A stretch of 64,000 nucleotides of DNA, taken from NCBI GenBank assembly GCA_950097015.1, contig CATNEN010000001.1, forward strand, positions 19,592,001 through 19,656,000, written 5' to 3'. How positions within the stretch are numbered: position 1 is the first letter of the stretch; each line of letters starts with the position of its first letter. Below, one piece after another: positions 1-11,690 of the stretch. This DNA is from Macrostomum hystrix. Its lineage: Eukaryota; Animalia; Platyhelminthes. The notes under the pieces were generated by a model, which was not told where the DNA came from, did not search any database, and saw only the letters and a list, made by a program, of their open reading frames with translations. The translations under genes and the position numbers were made by a program.

Positions 1-190
1 GATTGGAGGTAAAGCTTGAGTGACCCATAGAGTGATTGGAGGGAAGGTTCGAAAGACGCATGGAGTGATTAGGGGTGTAGAAGGAGTGACCCATAGAGTG
101 ATTGGAGGGAGGGCTGGAGTGACCCATAGAGTGATTGGAGGGAGGGCTGGAGTGACCCATATCGTGATTGGAGGTATGTTTGTAGTGACC
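1..190. repeat. ~31-bp tandem repeat (GATTGGAGGGAGGGCTGGAGTGACCCATAGAGT-like), truncated by the window edge
   Basis: About 5 degenerate copies of gtgacccatagagtgattggagg are visible. Confidence 0.8.
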
Positions 191-644
191 CTATGATTTA
201 TTTTAGACGCCAGATTTCGAAATTTTTGCATTTAATATATTGCGTAAAGAGTTAAATATAGAATCTGCATAGTAATTTGCTCTTATCAATATAAGTGAAA
301 AATTGTAACAATAAACTGTTTATGAAATGCCGAAAATGTATTCCAGCCTGATAAGAACAGCGAATTTGGCCCCGCCCCTGTCAGGTATGCAAATTAGAAA
401 TAGCTTAGGGTCAAGAACACGTGGGCGATATGTAAATTAGTGGTGACAGAACTGTGTGCCACTCCTAATATATTAGTGCCTATAGCAGACAGTAAACTCC
501 ACTGTTCTGAACCATTCTGCTATCACTTGCGTACAGCCCTTAATTAGTGTATGAGAAATCCTATGAGGAGAAAGCATAATATTTTACGCTAATTAGATGC
601 GAATTTCTAATTTGTACATTACATTCTAAAGCCAAAGCTCTATC

Positions 645-1680
645 TCCCATCCATTCTCACCCTGGTGTCTCGCTTCTCTCTTCTCTACCATCCCTTCTCA
701 CCCTGGTGTCTCGCTTCTCTCCCATCACTTCTCACCCTGGTGTCTCGCTTCTCTCCCATCCCTTCTCACCCTGGTGTCTCGCTTCTCTCCCATCCCTTCT
801 CACCCTGGTGTCTCGCTTCTCTCCCATTTCTTCTCACCCTGGTGTCTCGCTTCTCTTCCACCCTTCTCACCCTGGTGTCTCGCTTCTCTCCTCTCTCCCA
901 TCCCTTCTCACCCTGGTGTCTCGCTTCTCTCCCATCCCTTCTCACCCTGGTGTCTCGCTTCTCTCCCATCCCTTCTCACCCTGGTGTCTCGCTTCTCTCC
1001 CATCCCTTCTCACCCTGGTGTCTCGCTTCTCTCCCATCCCTTCTCACCCTGGTGTCTCGCTTCTCTCCCATCCCTTCTCACCCTGGTGTCTCGCTTCTCT
1101 CCCATCCCTTCTCACCCTGGTGTCTCGCTTCTCTCCCATCCCTTCTCACCCTGGTGTCTCGCTTCTCTCCCATCCCTTCTCACCCTGGTGTCTCGCTTCT
1201 CTCTCATCCCTTCTCACCCTGGTGTCTCGCTTCTCTCCCATCCCTTCTCACCCTGGTGTCTCGCTTCTCTCCCATCCCTTCTCACCCTGGTGTCTCGCTT
1301 CTCTCCCATCCCTTCTCACCCTGGTGTCTCGCTTCTCTCCCATCCCTTCTCACCCTGGTGTCTCGCTTCTCTCCCATCCCTTCTCACCCTGGTGTCTCGC
1401 TTCTCTCCCATCCCTTCTCACCCTGGTGTCTCGCTTCTCTCCCATTTCTTCTCACCCTGGTGTCTCTCTTCTCTCCCATCCCTTCTCACCCTGGTGTCTC
1501 GCTTCTCTCCCATTTCTTCTCACCCTGGTGTCTCGCTTCTCTTCCACCCTTCTCACCCTGGTGTCTCGCTTCTCTCTTCTCTCCCATAACTTCTCACCCT
1601 GGTGTCTCGCTTCTCTCCTCTCTCCCATAACTTCTCACCCTGGCGTCTCGCATCTCTCTTATCCCTTCTCACCCTGGAGT
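645..1680. repeat. 34-bp intronic minisatellite (CCATCCCTTCTCACCCTGGTGTCTCGCTTCTCTC)n
   Basis: About 30 near-identical copies. It starts ~35 nt after the donor of exon 1717-1818 and explains ORFs 665..1630, 706..1887 and 774..1589. Confidence 0.97.
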
Positions 1681-1716
1681 CTACCATCCATCCCTACTAA
1701 GAAAAAAAGTGCTCAC

Positions 1717-2230
1717 CTGAGACCTCCGGGTCTCCTTGAGCTCCTTGAGCTTGATGGCCTGCTGACGAGCCTGCTCCGTGGAGGTCAATGGCGGCTTCTT
1801 GACGGTAGCGGGCGCAGTCTAAAGATTTTTGAAACAAACAAATCGAAAGATTGTAATAAATTAAAAATTATAATAAAAATATTTTAATTTCGTCTCACCT
1901 TGGCTGCAGGAGTCTTGGGAGCCTGCTGTTGTGCATCTTTCGGTTGCTCTGAAGAATTAACAAAACTAATTTTCTGATTAATCAGTTATCATTTCAGATA
2001 CACATACTTTTCTGTATCTCCCAAGATATTTAAACAGTGGCCATGGAAATCCAGAACACGGGCTAAAAGGTTCTACTCTATGGGTACTTGAGTACCCCTT
2101 GGTCTTTTCCTTGTCTTTCTACTGTTAAGAGTCAATTTAATCGATCTAAATTGTAAAAGAAAAATCGATACCGTCCGGCAAACTCACCCTTTGTGACTAA
2201 CGGAGGGGCTACCTCCGCCTTGTCAGCCAT
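1717..2230 (-). CDS. First three coding exons of a gene continuing left out of the window; tentatively an axonemal dynein heavy chain (DNAH5/8-like) N-terminus
   Basis: Exons 2230-2188 (ATG; donor GTGAGT), 1948-1899 (ttcag|..|GTGAGA) and 1818-1717 (tttag|..|GTGAGC) join in phase: MADKAEVAPPLVTKEQPKDAQQQAPKTPAAKTAPATVKKPPLTSTEQARQQAIKLKELKETRRSQ. The product guess rests only on recalled resemblance of the last helix to DNAH5/8 N-termini plus upstream X-boxes, so it is weak. Confidence 0.6.
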
Positions 2231-2485
2231 GATTTTTCAAAGTTGCTCAACTCAAACAGCAGTTTGGTCAGGGGAAATTTAGCATATAGATCTAGCACGG
2301 GCTGGACTCTGAAAACTCGAGAGAAGATCTTTCAGGTGAAAAAATAGACGTCTAGTTGGAGAATATGTATAGAAAAGTGGCTGCTCTGAACACAGACACA
2401 GTCCTCCACCCCGCCTCTCGCGTCTATTATTTCGCCCCGTTGTCCAACTTGCAGTCCCCGCTCTGCACCACTTTGGATAGCAACT

Positions 2486-2498
2486 GTTACTAAGCAAG
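2486..2498. promoter_or_regulatory. RFX X-box-like motif GTTACTAAGCAAG
   Basis: Near-palindromic X-box match ~260 bp upstream of the ATG at 2230. Confidence 0.35.
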
Positions 2499-2893
2499 CC
2501 AGCAACGCTGAGAAGAAGACGTAGAGAGAGGCGAGAGAGGGAGAGAGAGAGGCGAGAAGAGCGCTCGCTCACGTTATTCAGGACATTCACAGATTGAATT
2601 GAATTTCAAATTGATAGCACACACAAACGATAGACCCGCACAGCTTGGGTTTGTACACCTGTATAACCCCACTCGGAGTGAGGCTGACAGGTAGACGGAG
2701 AGAGACTGAAAGAGCTGCAGGAAAATAATAGCAGCCAGTGGAGCGCAAAGAAGCAGGTTCTCTCGGGGCTATTATCTGACGCACAGCCTCCATCGCTGCT
2801 CTTCATCTCTCTGGCTGAGATTGACTAACGATAGAAGCGACTAAGCATTCTCAGCCGTAGATTGTGCGTAGCCCGCTAGTCCTGGGCGGGTCG

Positions 2894-2906
2894 GTTGCCA
2901 AGGGAC
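2894..2906. promoter_or_regulatory. RFX X-box-like motif GTTGCCAAGGGAC (rc GTCCCTTGGCAAC)
   Basis: Perfect GTTGCC half-site with a degenerate second half, between two divergent genes. Confidence 0.45.
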
Positions 2907-4447
2907 ACGATGGACGCGCACTCGCTTAAATTTAACAAAAAAATTCAACGAGAGAGATGGAAACCGAGAGATGCAGGGGCAGAACAGACAATGGGTAAAT
3001 TTTGTGTCGAAGGCGATAAAACCTCTGTTAAATAGTCATCTACTCGTACTGGCAATATTTTTACAGCTCGACCACACTGACTGTTCTCTTCGGCTTGACA
3101 ACTGTTCTCAGACTATGGGGGGGGGCAATAAAATCTGCTCTATTGAGCTGTTGCCCAACCATTAAAATGCGCATCTGCAATAGCTTGACAACAATTGACG
3201 GCATTGTAGCCAGACAACCAACTCACAGTGCTCATGCGTACACTAATTTGCTCATATTTATTTTGTTTGATAAACCCCCAGCCACCGAGCTTGGCAACGA
3301 ATTTGTCTAGTTAGCTGTCTGGCAACTGCGCAAAGGTAGCCCACACGACTTGGCCTTTTCAAAAATATTTAATAGTATACAGCGGTACTTGTAACTGGCT
3401 AAATAGACACTTGTACAAGCCTTCCTCACAAGTAGGAGATGCAAGTTGGGCAAATGGTCATGAGTTCGATTCTTCAGGTTCACTCATTCGAGAAACAGTA
3501 ATTGACTTTTGTCTAATTATTCTTGTCAAAAGGTGTGTTTGAGATCGATCCGTTTTATTTTTAAATACAAGGCTGCTTTGCTGATCGGGCTATTTGTCTT
3601 TTGCAGAATTTAATTTGTAAGAAATTCATAAAATACACTTTTCCTATTGTCTTAAATCATGTCATTCAATTACCATAGTGTTCGCTTTCATTATCTGTTT
3701 TTGAGCCAAGAAAAGTTGAAAAAATTCTTTTCTGAAGCTTTAAAAGATATCACTTTAAGTCGTTTATCTCTACGACTTAAATACGAAAAAACAATTACGC
3801 TCGTATATAGTTCATTATTCGTTACATTGCGTACATACAACGTGATAAAACGGATAGTATAACAAAATGAAAATTAAAAGGACTTATAAAACTGAATATT
3901 ACAGTGAACATATAGATTTTGTCTGTTTCTTCTTGAATTACAATTTTTTAATTATTGTTTTGTTTTAAACGCGAAAATGTATTAGGAACGAATTTAAACT
4001 GGAGAAAGATGTATCGAAAAGCGTTCGAACGTAATACGCTCATTTGCGTCCGTTGATTCAATGCTGCATTAGCAACCATTTTGGTAAGTTTTTGTAAGTA
4101 TTTTATATATTGTTTTTAATATAATGCCTCAATTTGTGCCTTTTAACTTTTGTGCTGAATTGGAATTGAAATGGGAATTAAAATATTTATTATAAATGTA
4201 AAATAATTCAAAACGATAAGTGTAACAAAATTCCTTGTGAATTAGAAAACCACCGCCACAGTTATCTTATTGTCGTGCATTACATTTGATGTTGTAAAAC
4301 GACGATGCATGTATATCTCATTAATTGTAGGAGTATTGCTTATGTAGTGTCAGTGCAAGGGGTTGCTCACTATTTGTTTGAACGTCGGACTCACGACTTA
4401 TATGTCGCTTGGTTCGAATAAAACACTCACTGTAACAATTTGTGAAT

Positions 4448-4460
4448 GTTGCTTAGCAAG
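4448..4460. promoter_or_regulatory. RFX X-box-like motif GTTGCTTAGCAAG
   Basis: 12/13 match to GTTGCTTAGCAAC, ~110 bp before a putative 5'UTR donor (GTAAGT at 4574) of the gene at 4749. Confidence 0.45.
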
Positions 4461-4748
4461 ACACCAAAATCTGCATTGCTTCAGTTCACCAAGCTGTTAA
4501 AAGTGTTCCAGTATTATTTTAAATTATTGAAGGTGTGATGTGGTGACCCCCACAGTCCATGGACTGAACAGCCGTAAGTAGCGTTCAGATGCGTTCAGAT
4601 GCTAACAGGCTTCAAATACGGTCTGATCGGGACCTGTGCAATAAATAATAATGAATAATTATCTGTCTTGTCTGGAGTTCTATCTAACAACTCGCTTTTC
4701 AGAAAGCACTCGTTAATTGAAACCTTGCTCAAGCTATACTGCACAGTT

Positions 4749-7700
4749 ATGAAGAGCTCTCGTGAGCGCTTGAACTGTCATCAAAGCCCCAATAATAGTC
4801 CGAGTGCACAGCAGCAGCAGAAGCAGCAGCAAGTGACGCCGAAAATCAGTGTCATGACCGACCAACCACCAGCCCTGCCCAGCCGCGACGCGAGCCCTGC
4901 CCAAGCTCCTTCGGAAGAGCCCAACTTTTACCTGAACGATCCGGGTGTGTTGCGAACTTCCATTGTGGCTGAGTTGGATGATGCTGCGAGCGTCGCGTCA
5001 GACGTCCCGAAGTCCGAAACTGCCGACGTCGCCACCAGCAGCAGCGCAGCAGCTGGGGATTCACCACAGCTTTCCGCGTTGGCTCAGGCAATGCCAATCA
5101 TCACACTAGAGATCAACAAGGTTGTGTACAAGATTGCGCGCGCCAACATATCAGTGACAACGTCGGGCGATCAGGCAAATCTCAACGTGTCAGTGGATAT
5201 TGCAGCGCCAGAAAAACAAGCCGAGGACCAGTCATCGTATGTTAAGTCTATAAAGACGTCGTTTAGGTCTTCGGTGAGTGCTAGCTTAAAATGACATTTC
5301 TTAGACTTTTAGAATAGATAGATAGACGCTAGTAGCCCAGGGCCACTTACTCTAGATTGAATCAGATAAAACATAATTTTCGTCAATGTCTCATCACTTG
5401 AATCCTAAATATGAAGTTTCTTTTTCTCCACACACCGTTTTACAGAAGCGAGCGTAAGACATTTCGTAGATATTCGGTTTTTATTTTGAAGTTGCCGCCA
5501 GACTGCCAATACACACCGAATGAGTTCCATTTTTATAGTATGCGACCAAACCCGCAGTCAGTTTTGCCAGTGCATGTCATTACTTCTATTTCTGTGAATA
5601 GATTATTTGTTCTCGCAATGAAATGTGTTTCATGTCTACCTTTTCCTATTAGGGCCAATGTATTTCATGCACCCCAATATGGATGCGTATCAAATGCGTT
5701 GGCGCTTGAAAAAAAACCTGACTTTTGGCCAGAACCGTTGAATGTCCCGACTGTCTGAATGACTGGCGCGATTTCAAATTTTCGGGTGGTATAAAAGCGG
5801 ACGGCAAAATAGCTTAGTAGTACTACTCTGAAGAAAAAACAGAATTGCTAGACAGTTTCAGTGTGCTGAAATTGACGTGTGCTGCTGATAAAAATACCCA
5901 TTAAACACTGCTTCCACCAAAACAGCTCCAGTATGGCGAAATATCATTTTCTGCGATCGTTGAACAGCAGTAAATTGTGTCGCATGCTCTATGCGCAATG
6001 TTACTGTCCTGCGCACCTGTTAGTAATAAACATTTGAATTCTAGAATCGTTGGAGCTGCGCACAAACTGTTTAAGCCTGCCAAGTATCTACTGCCCGCTG
6101 GTAGCGAATTATTCGAGCCAAGCCTGCCATCGCCATCAGCATCAGCTGAAGCGGACTTTGGTGCTGCCGATGGAAATCTGTTAACGGCCAGCGCTGCACA
6201 GCAAGTTGGTCAAAGCATTGGCTCTGAAGCCAGCACTTCAATGGGGTATGTGGCCTAATGCCTATATTTTTACTGTTTAGAGATGCTATCTAATATCTCT
6301 TCTTCGCTTTACTATTCGTCTCCAAAGAGAATTTGAGCAATTGCGTCTCTATGCACTGTTATGTATGTTATGTATGCACTTTCGGGGCCATGGTGAAAGT
6401 TTGGAGAGGGGTTAAACTGCAATGGATAAAATAAAAGTAGACGGGTTGAGTGTAGGGGATCAGTGACGTCACATCCGATTCATGTAACAAGGTCCTCGGC
6501 GAGACCACATTAATTTGAGGCTCAGCTTCAGTGAATTCACGTGTTTCACAGTGACTGTGTACACTGCCTCACGGTGAACACCGTTCAGTATCTGAGTGTG
6601 GGTGTTCTCAGGATTCAGCGGAATGGGCAGAATTGCCTCTAGCTGGCTGTGGTCGACTGTCCCCAAATAATGTGCCAGTGCTCACAGCTCGTGGAAATGC
6701 TCCAATAAGTAACTATTACTAGTTAGTAGTAGCACGTTAAATCAGAGCTCACCACGTAAAACAAAATCTTCTGACCAAAATCGGGACACACTTAGCGACG
6801 CCGAGACTCAGCCTCGGCTGAACACGGTCCACAGCCAGGAGAGCGCCTTTGACAGCGACATCGTCAACGTGAAGCCGGGAAGCTCCAGTGACGAGCTGGT
6901 GACGCCAACGAAGCCTGCGAAGGTCAAAACCATAAGGTCTGCATAGATATATTTTTACCTGATCAAAGCTGGATGAGTAAGCTGAATGCTATAATTTTTG
7001 CTTTTAGAAACCCGTTCCAAAAGATTCTCGCAAAGGGACTAACTGACGCTCGGCCGAAATCAACATCAAAATCATCTTTGCCTACATCGCCGGAACCGGA
7101 TCCTGGCGCTGAGGACTTTCCTACCAACCTGCCAGCCAGCTTGAAGGAGTTTTTCGAAGTATGAAACCATACAAACTGATGCACCCACTCTCTGAGATCG
7201 TAAATAAGGACAGCCACTCTCCCAGATCCTCAATAAGAGACAGCCACTCTCCCAGATCCTCAATAAGAGACAGCCACTCTCCCAGATCCTCAATAAGAGA
7301 CAGGACACTCTCCCAGATCCTCAAATTAGGACAGCCACTCTCCCAGATCCTCAAGTTGAGACAGCCACTCTCACAGATCCTCAAGTTGAGACAGGACACT
7401 CTCCCAGATCCTCAAGTTGAGACAGCCACTCTCCCAGATCCTCAAATTAGGACAGCCACTCTCACAGATCCTCAAGTTAGGACAGCCACTCTCCCAGATC
7501 CTCAAATTAGGACAGCCACTCTCCCAGATCCTCAAGTTAGGACAGCCACTCTCCCAGATCCTCAAGTTGAGACAGCCACTCTCCCAGATCCTCAAATTAG
7601 GACAGCCACTCTCCCAGATCCTCAAGTTGAGACAGCCACTCTCCCAGATCCTCAAATTAGGACAGCCACTCTCCCAGATCCTCAAGTTGAGACAGCCACT

Positions 7701-10700
7701 CTCACAGATCCTCAAATTAGGACAGCCACTCTCCCAGATCCTCAAATTAGGACAGCCACTCTCACAGATCCTCAAATTAGGACAGCCACTCTCACAGATC
7801 CTCAAATTAGGACAGCCACTCTCCCAGATCCTCAATAAGAGACAGCCACTCTCCCAGATCCTCAATGAGAGACAGCCACTCTCCCAGATCCTCAAATTAG
7901 GACAGCCACTCTCCCAGATCCTCAAGTTGAGACAGCCACTCTCACAGATCCTCAAATTAGGACAGCCACTCTCCCAGATCCTCAAATTAGGACAGCCACT
8001 CTCACAGATCCTCAAATTAGGACAGCCACTCTCACAGATCCTCAAATTAGGACAGCCACTCTCCCAGATCCTCAAATTAGGACAGCCACTCTCCCAGATC
8101 CTCAAGTTAGGACAGCCACTCTCCCAGATCCTCAAGTTGAGACAGCCACTCTCACAGATCCTCAAGTTGAGACAGGACACTCTCCCAGATCCTCAAGTTG
8201 AGACAGCCACTCTCCCAGATCCTCAAATGAGGACAGCCACTCTCACAGATCCTCAAGTTAGGACAGCCACTCTCCCAGATCCTCAAATTAGGACAGCCAC
8301 TCTCCCAGATCCTCAAGTTAGGACAGCCACTCTCCCAGATCCTCAAGTTGAGACAGCCACTCTCCCAGATCCTCAAATTAGGACAGCCACTCTCCCAGAT
8401 CCTCAAGTTGAGACAGCCACTCTCCCAGATCCTCAAATTAGGACAGCCACTCTCCCAGATCCTCAAGTTGAGACAGCCACTCTCACAGATCCTCTAATTA
8501 GGACAGCCACTCTCCCAGATCCTCAAATTAGGACAGCCACTCTCACAGATCCTCAAATTAGGACAGCCACTCTCACAGATCCTCAAATTAGGACAGCCAC
8601 TCTCACAGATCCTCAAATTAGGACAGCCACTCTCCCAGATCCTCAAATGAGGACAGCCAATCTCCCAGATCCTCAAGTTAGGACAGCCACTCTCCCAGAT
8701 CCTCAAGTTGAGACAGCCACTCTCCCAGATCCTCAAATTAGGACAGCCACTCTCACAGATCCTCAAATTAGGACAGCCACTCTCACAGATCCTCAAATTA
8801 GGACAGCCACTCTCCCAGATCCTCAAATTAGGACAGCCACTCTCCCAGATCCTCAAGTTAGGACAGCCACTCTCCCAGATCCTCAAGTTGAGACAGCCAC
8901 TCTCCCAGATCCTCAAATTAGGACAGCCACTCTCCCAGATCCTCAAGTTGAGACAGCCACTCTCACAGATCCTCAAATTAGGACAGCCACTCTCACAGAT
9001 CCTCAAATTAGGACAGCCATTCTCACAGATCCTCAATTTAGGACAGCCACTCTCACAGATCCTCAAGTTGAGACAGCCACTCTCACAGATCCTCAAATTA
9101 GGACAGCCACTCTCACAGATCCTCAAATTAGGACAGCCACTCTCACAGATCCTCAATTTAGGACAGCCACTCTCACAGATCCTCAAGTTGAGACAGCTAC
9201 TCTCCCAGATCCTCAAGTTGAGACAGCCACTCTCACAGATCCTCAAGTTGAGACAGCCACTCTCACAGATCCTCAAGTTGAGACAGCCACTCTCACAGAT
9301 CCTCAAATTAGGACAGCCACTCTCACAGATCCTCAAATTAGGACAGCCACTCTCCCAGTTGTTTAGTGCACGCATTTTCTCGGATGAAGAAGATAAGAGC
9401 GAATGTGCAATCAACTGGAACTCTTGCTGAATTCGCACAGATAACTCCGCACACGAAGCTGCAAGCCTCTGTGTTCGCAGCAGACACCAGCTCCATCGCC
9501 AAAGAGATCAGGGAGGCTCGGGAGAAACAGATTCCAGAAGCTTCTAAGCGCAAAGTAAAGGTGAAAGGCAAGTCCAGATCCGTCTGGCTGGATCCCTCGC
9601 CCGGCGAGAAAATGGAGATCTGGAAGCTCTACTACGATGTCCAGAATCGGTGTCATCGACTGCTGGCTAGACTGTCTGGCACCGACCTCTGTGAGACTCG
9701 CTGGCTTCTTAGCAACAACACTCAGCAGCCCCATCTATCTACCATTATATATCATGATCTCTAAAATACTCCTATCCACTCTACAATCCTTTTATCTACT
9801 CTACAATCCTTTCATCTACTCTACAATCCTTTTATCTACTCTACAATCCTTTTATCTACTCTATACAATCCTTTCATCTACTCTACAATCCTTTCATCTA
9901 CTCTACAATCCTTTCATCTACTCTACAATCCTTTCATCTACTCTACAATCCTTTCATCTACTCTACAATCCTTTCATCTACTCTACAATCCTTTTATCTA
10001 CTCTACAATCCTTTTATCTACTCTACAATCCTTTTATCTACTCTACAATCCTTTCATCTACTCTACAATCCTTTTATCTACTCTACAATCCTTTTATCTA
10101 CTCTATACAATCCTTTCATCTACTCTACAATCCTTTTATCTACTCACAATCCTTTTATCTACTCTACAATCCTTTCATCTACTCTACAATCCTTTTATCT
10201 ACTCACAATCCTTTTATCTACTCACAATCCTTTTATCTACTCTACAATCCTTTCATCTACTCTACAATCCTTTTATCTACTCACAATCCTTTTATCCACT
10301 CTTCAATCCTTTTATCTACTCTACCATCCTTTTATCTACTCTACAATCCTTTTATCTATTCTACAATCCTTTTATCTACTCTATCATCCTTTGATCAATT
10401 CTAACATACTTGTATCAACTCAACCATCCTTTTTATCTACTCTACCATTCTTTAGCCACTCCACTCTACCCCACTCTTGCATACTCCAACATACCCTACC
10501 ATACTCGAACCCACTCTACCATTCTCAAATCTACCCCACCCTCTACCCCATTCTTCAGTCGGTTACATACTTCCACTAGAGATCGACCAATCCAGGCGAT
10601 TTGACTCTACCACTGAGCAGGCAGCCTACGAAGTGTTGCTTCAGGGTCTCTCAATGGCCGAGGACATGTACGACTTGGAAGAGACTCAAGCGACACAAAG

Positions 10701-10743
10701 CATACAAGATAACGACGAGGAGCTCGTAGAAATTTACATGTAG
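4749..10743 (+). CDS. Uncharacterised multi-exon protein (~433 aa): S/P/A/Q-rich disordered N-terminus, helical C-terminal region
   Basis: Phase-consistent model 4749-5273, 6746-6936, 7008-7158, 9441-9690, 10559-10743, all GT..AG; possible extra exon ~6076-6245. C-terminus: ..EKMEIWKLYYDVQNRCHRLLARLSGTDLFGYILPLEIDQSRRFDSTTEQAAYEVLLQGLSMAEDMYDLEE... No family recognised. Confidence 0.55.
7207..9358. repeat. 30-bp intronic minisatellite (GACAGCCACTCTCCCAGATCCTCAAATTAG)n
   Basis: About 70 copies with variants AATTAG/GTTGA/GTTAG; source of the spurious ORFs 7161-9438. Confidence 0.97.
9770..10395. repeat. 20-bp intronic minisatellite (CTCTACAATCCTTTYATCTA)n
   Basis: About 30 copies, decaying towards the acceptor at 10558. 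Confidence 0.95.
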
Positions 10744-11690
10744 TTCCCATGGCGATAAACAGGCGATAAATCATCTGATAAGCTGGCTGTTTAGGAATCT
10801 AAGATTTTTTTATTTTAAAGCTTACTTAGCCACTATATTTTTTATAGTTTTTATAATTTAAAATATCCTTGTAATCTACATTACAATAGGTTAATTCCTT
10901 TATGTTAAAAACTATTCGTGTAACCAGTAAAACAAAAAATGACTTTACAATCCGCAGAGCTAACTTTTTAATCCCAACGCATTAGCTGGCCTTCATTTAA
11001 TTACTGTGATATAAAAATTCAGAATAAATTATTTTTAAACGAATAACAGATTTACTCAGTTTCAATTGTACTTTGCATAAAAAATTATAATAAAATTAGA
11101 ATAATATTACATTTTTATTTGAAAAATTGTCTTTTAAAAGGGACACATTAATATTTTTAGTACACATCATTGATACTTAAGATGTAAAATCAATCATTGT
11201 AGCATGTAAATAGTTTTAACTTTGTCTAAATATTTTATTTGCTTTCTTAAACTGTATTTCATGAGATCGTTTTTAAGATAATTGGTCACGTGACTCTCAT
11301 TCATATAACTTCTCGGAATTAAACGACACCGTTTTGAAGTAATTCTTGTTTAACTTCTAATAGCTTCCCGCGTAAAAAATACTATGTTATTCTCTGTTTT
11401 ATAAATTTCATTTAGATTTTCAAGCCACTATTTTCATATTTTCTATAACTTTATGATTACTATTTTTCATAATTCATAACTTCTATTCGTCTTTATTTAA
11501 ACAAATATATAACTTATAGCTCTGAGCAGAACGTGGAGCAAGAAAAGGTGTATCCAAAAAGAAGAGCCATTCAAAGACTGTAAAAAATAGAATTTATGAA
11601 AATCAAAGTTAATTTAGAAAGAGAGATAACAATTTAAATGAGTTGTACGAGTTCTCGTATTAACAAATAATAATTGAAAGTAATGTCGGT

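Noticed and set aside
365-440. GC box plus octamer ATGCAAAT resembling an snRNA enhancer
   Set aside because: No snRNA or SL RNA sequence is recognisable nearby.
665-1887. Long ORFs of 271-393 aa
   Set aside because: They are translations of a stop-free 34-bp minisatellite lying in an intron of the opposite-strand gene.
2038-2070. ~30-bp match to 56872-56903 (CCATGRARATCYAGAACACGGSCTAAAA)
   Set aside because: Too short to define; probably a remnant of a dispersed repeat.
7161-9438. 649-aa and other repeat-protein ORFs (TATLPDPQIR)n
   Set aside because: They are open in several frames on both strands and shift at 31-bp variants; the flanking exons splice in phase around the array.
10743-10756. 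X-box-like GTTCCCATGGCGAT
   Set aside because: It lies at the stop codon between two convergent genes with no promoter context; likely chance.
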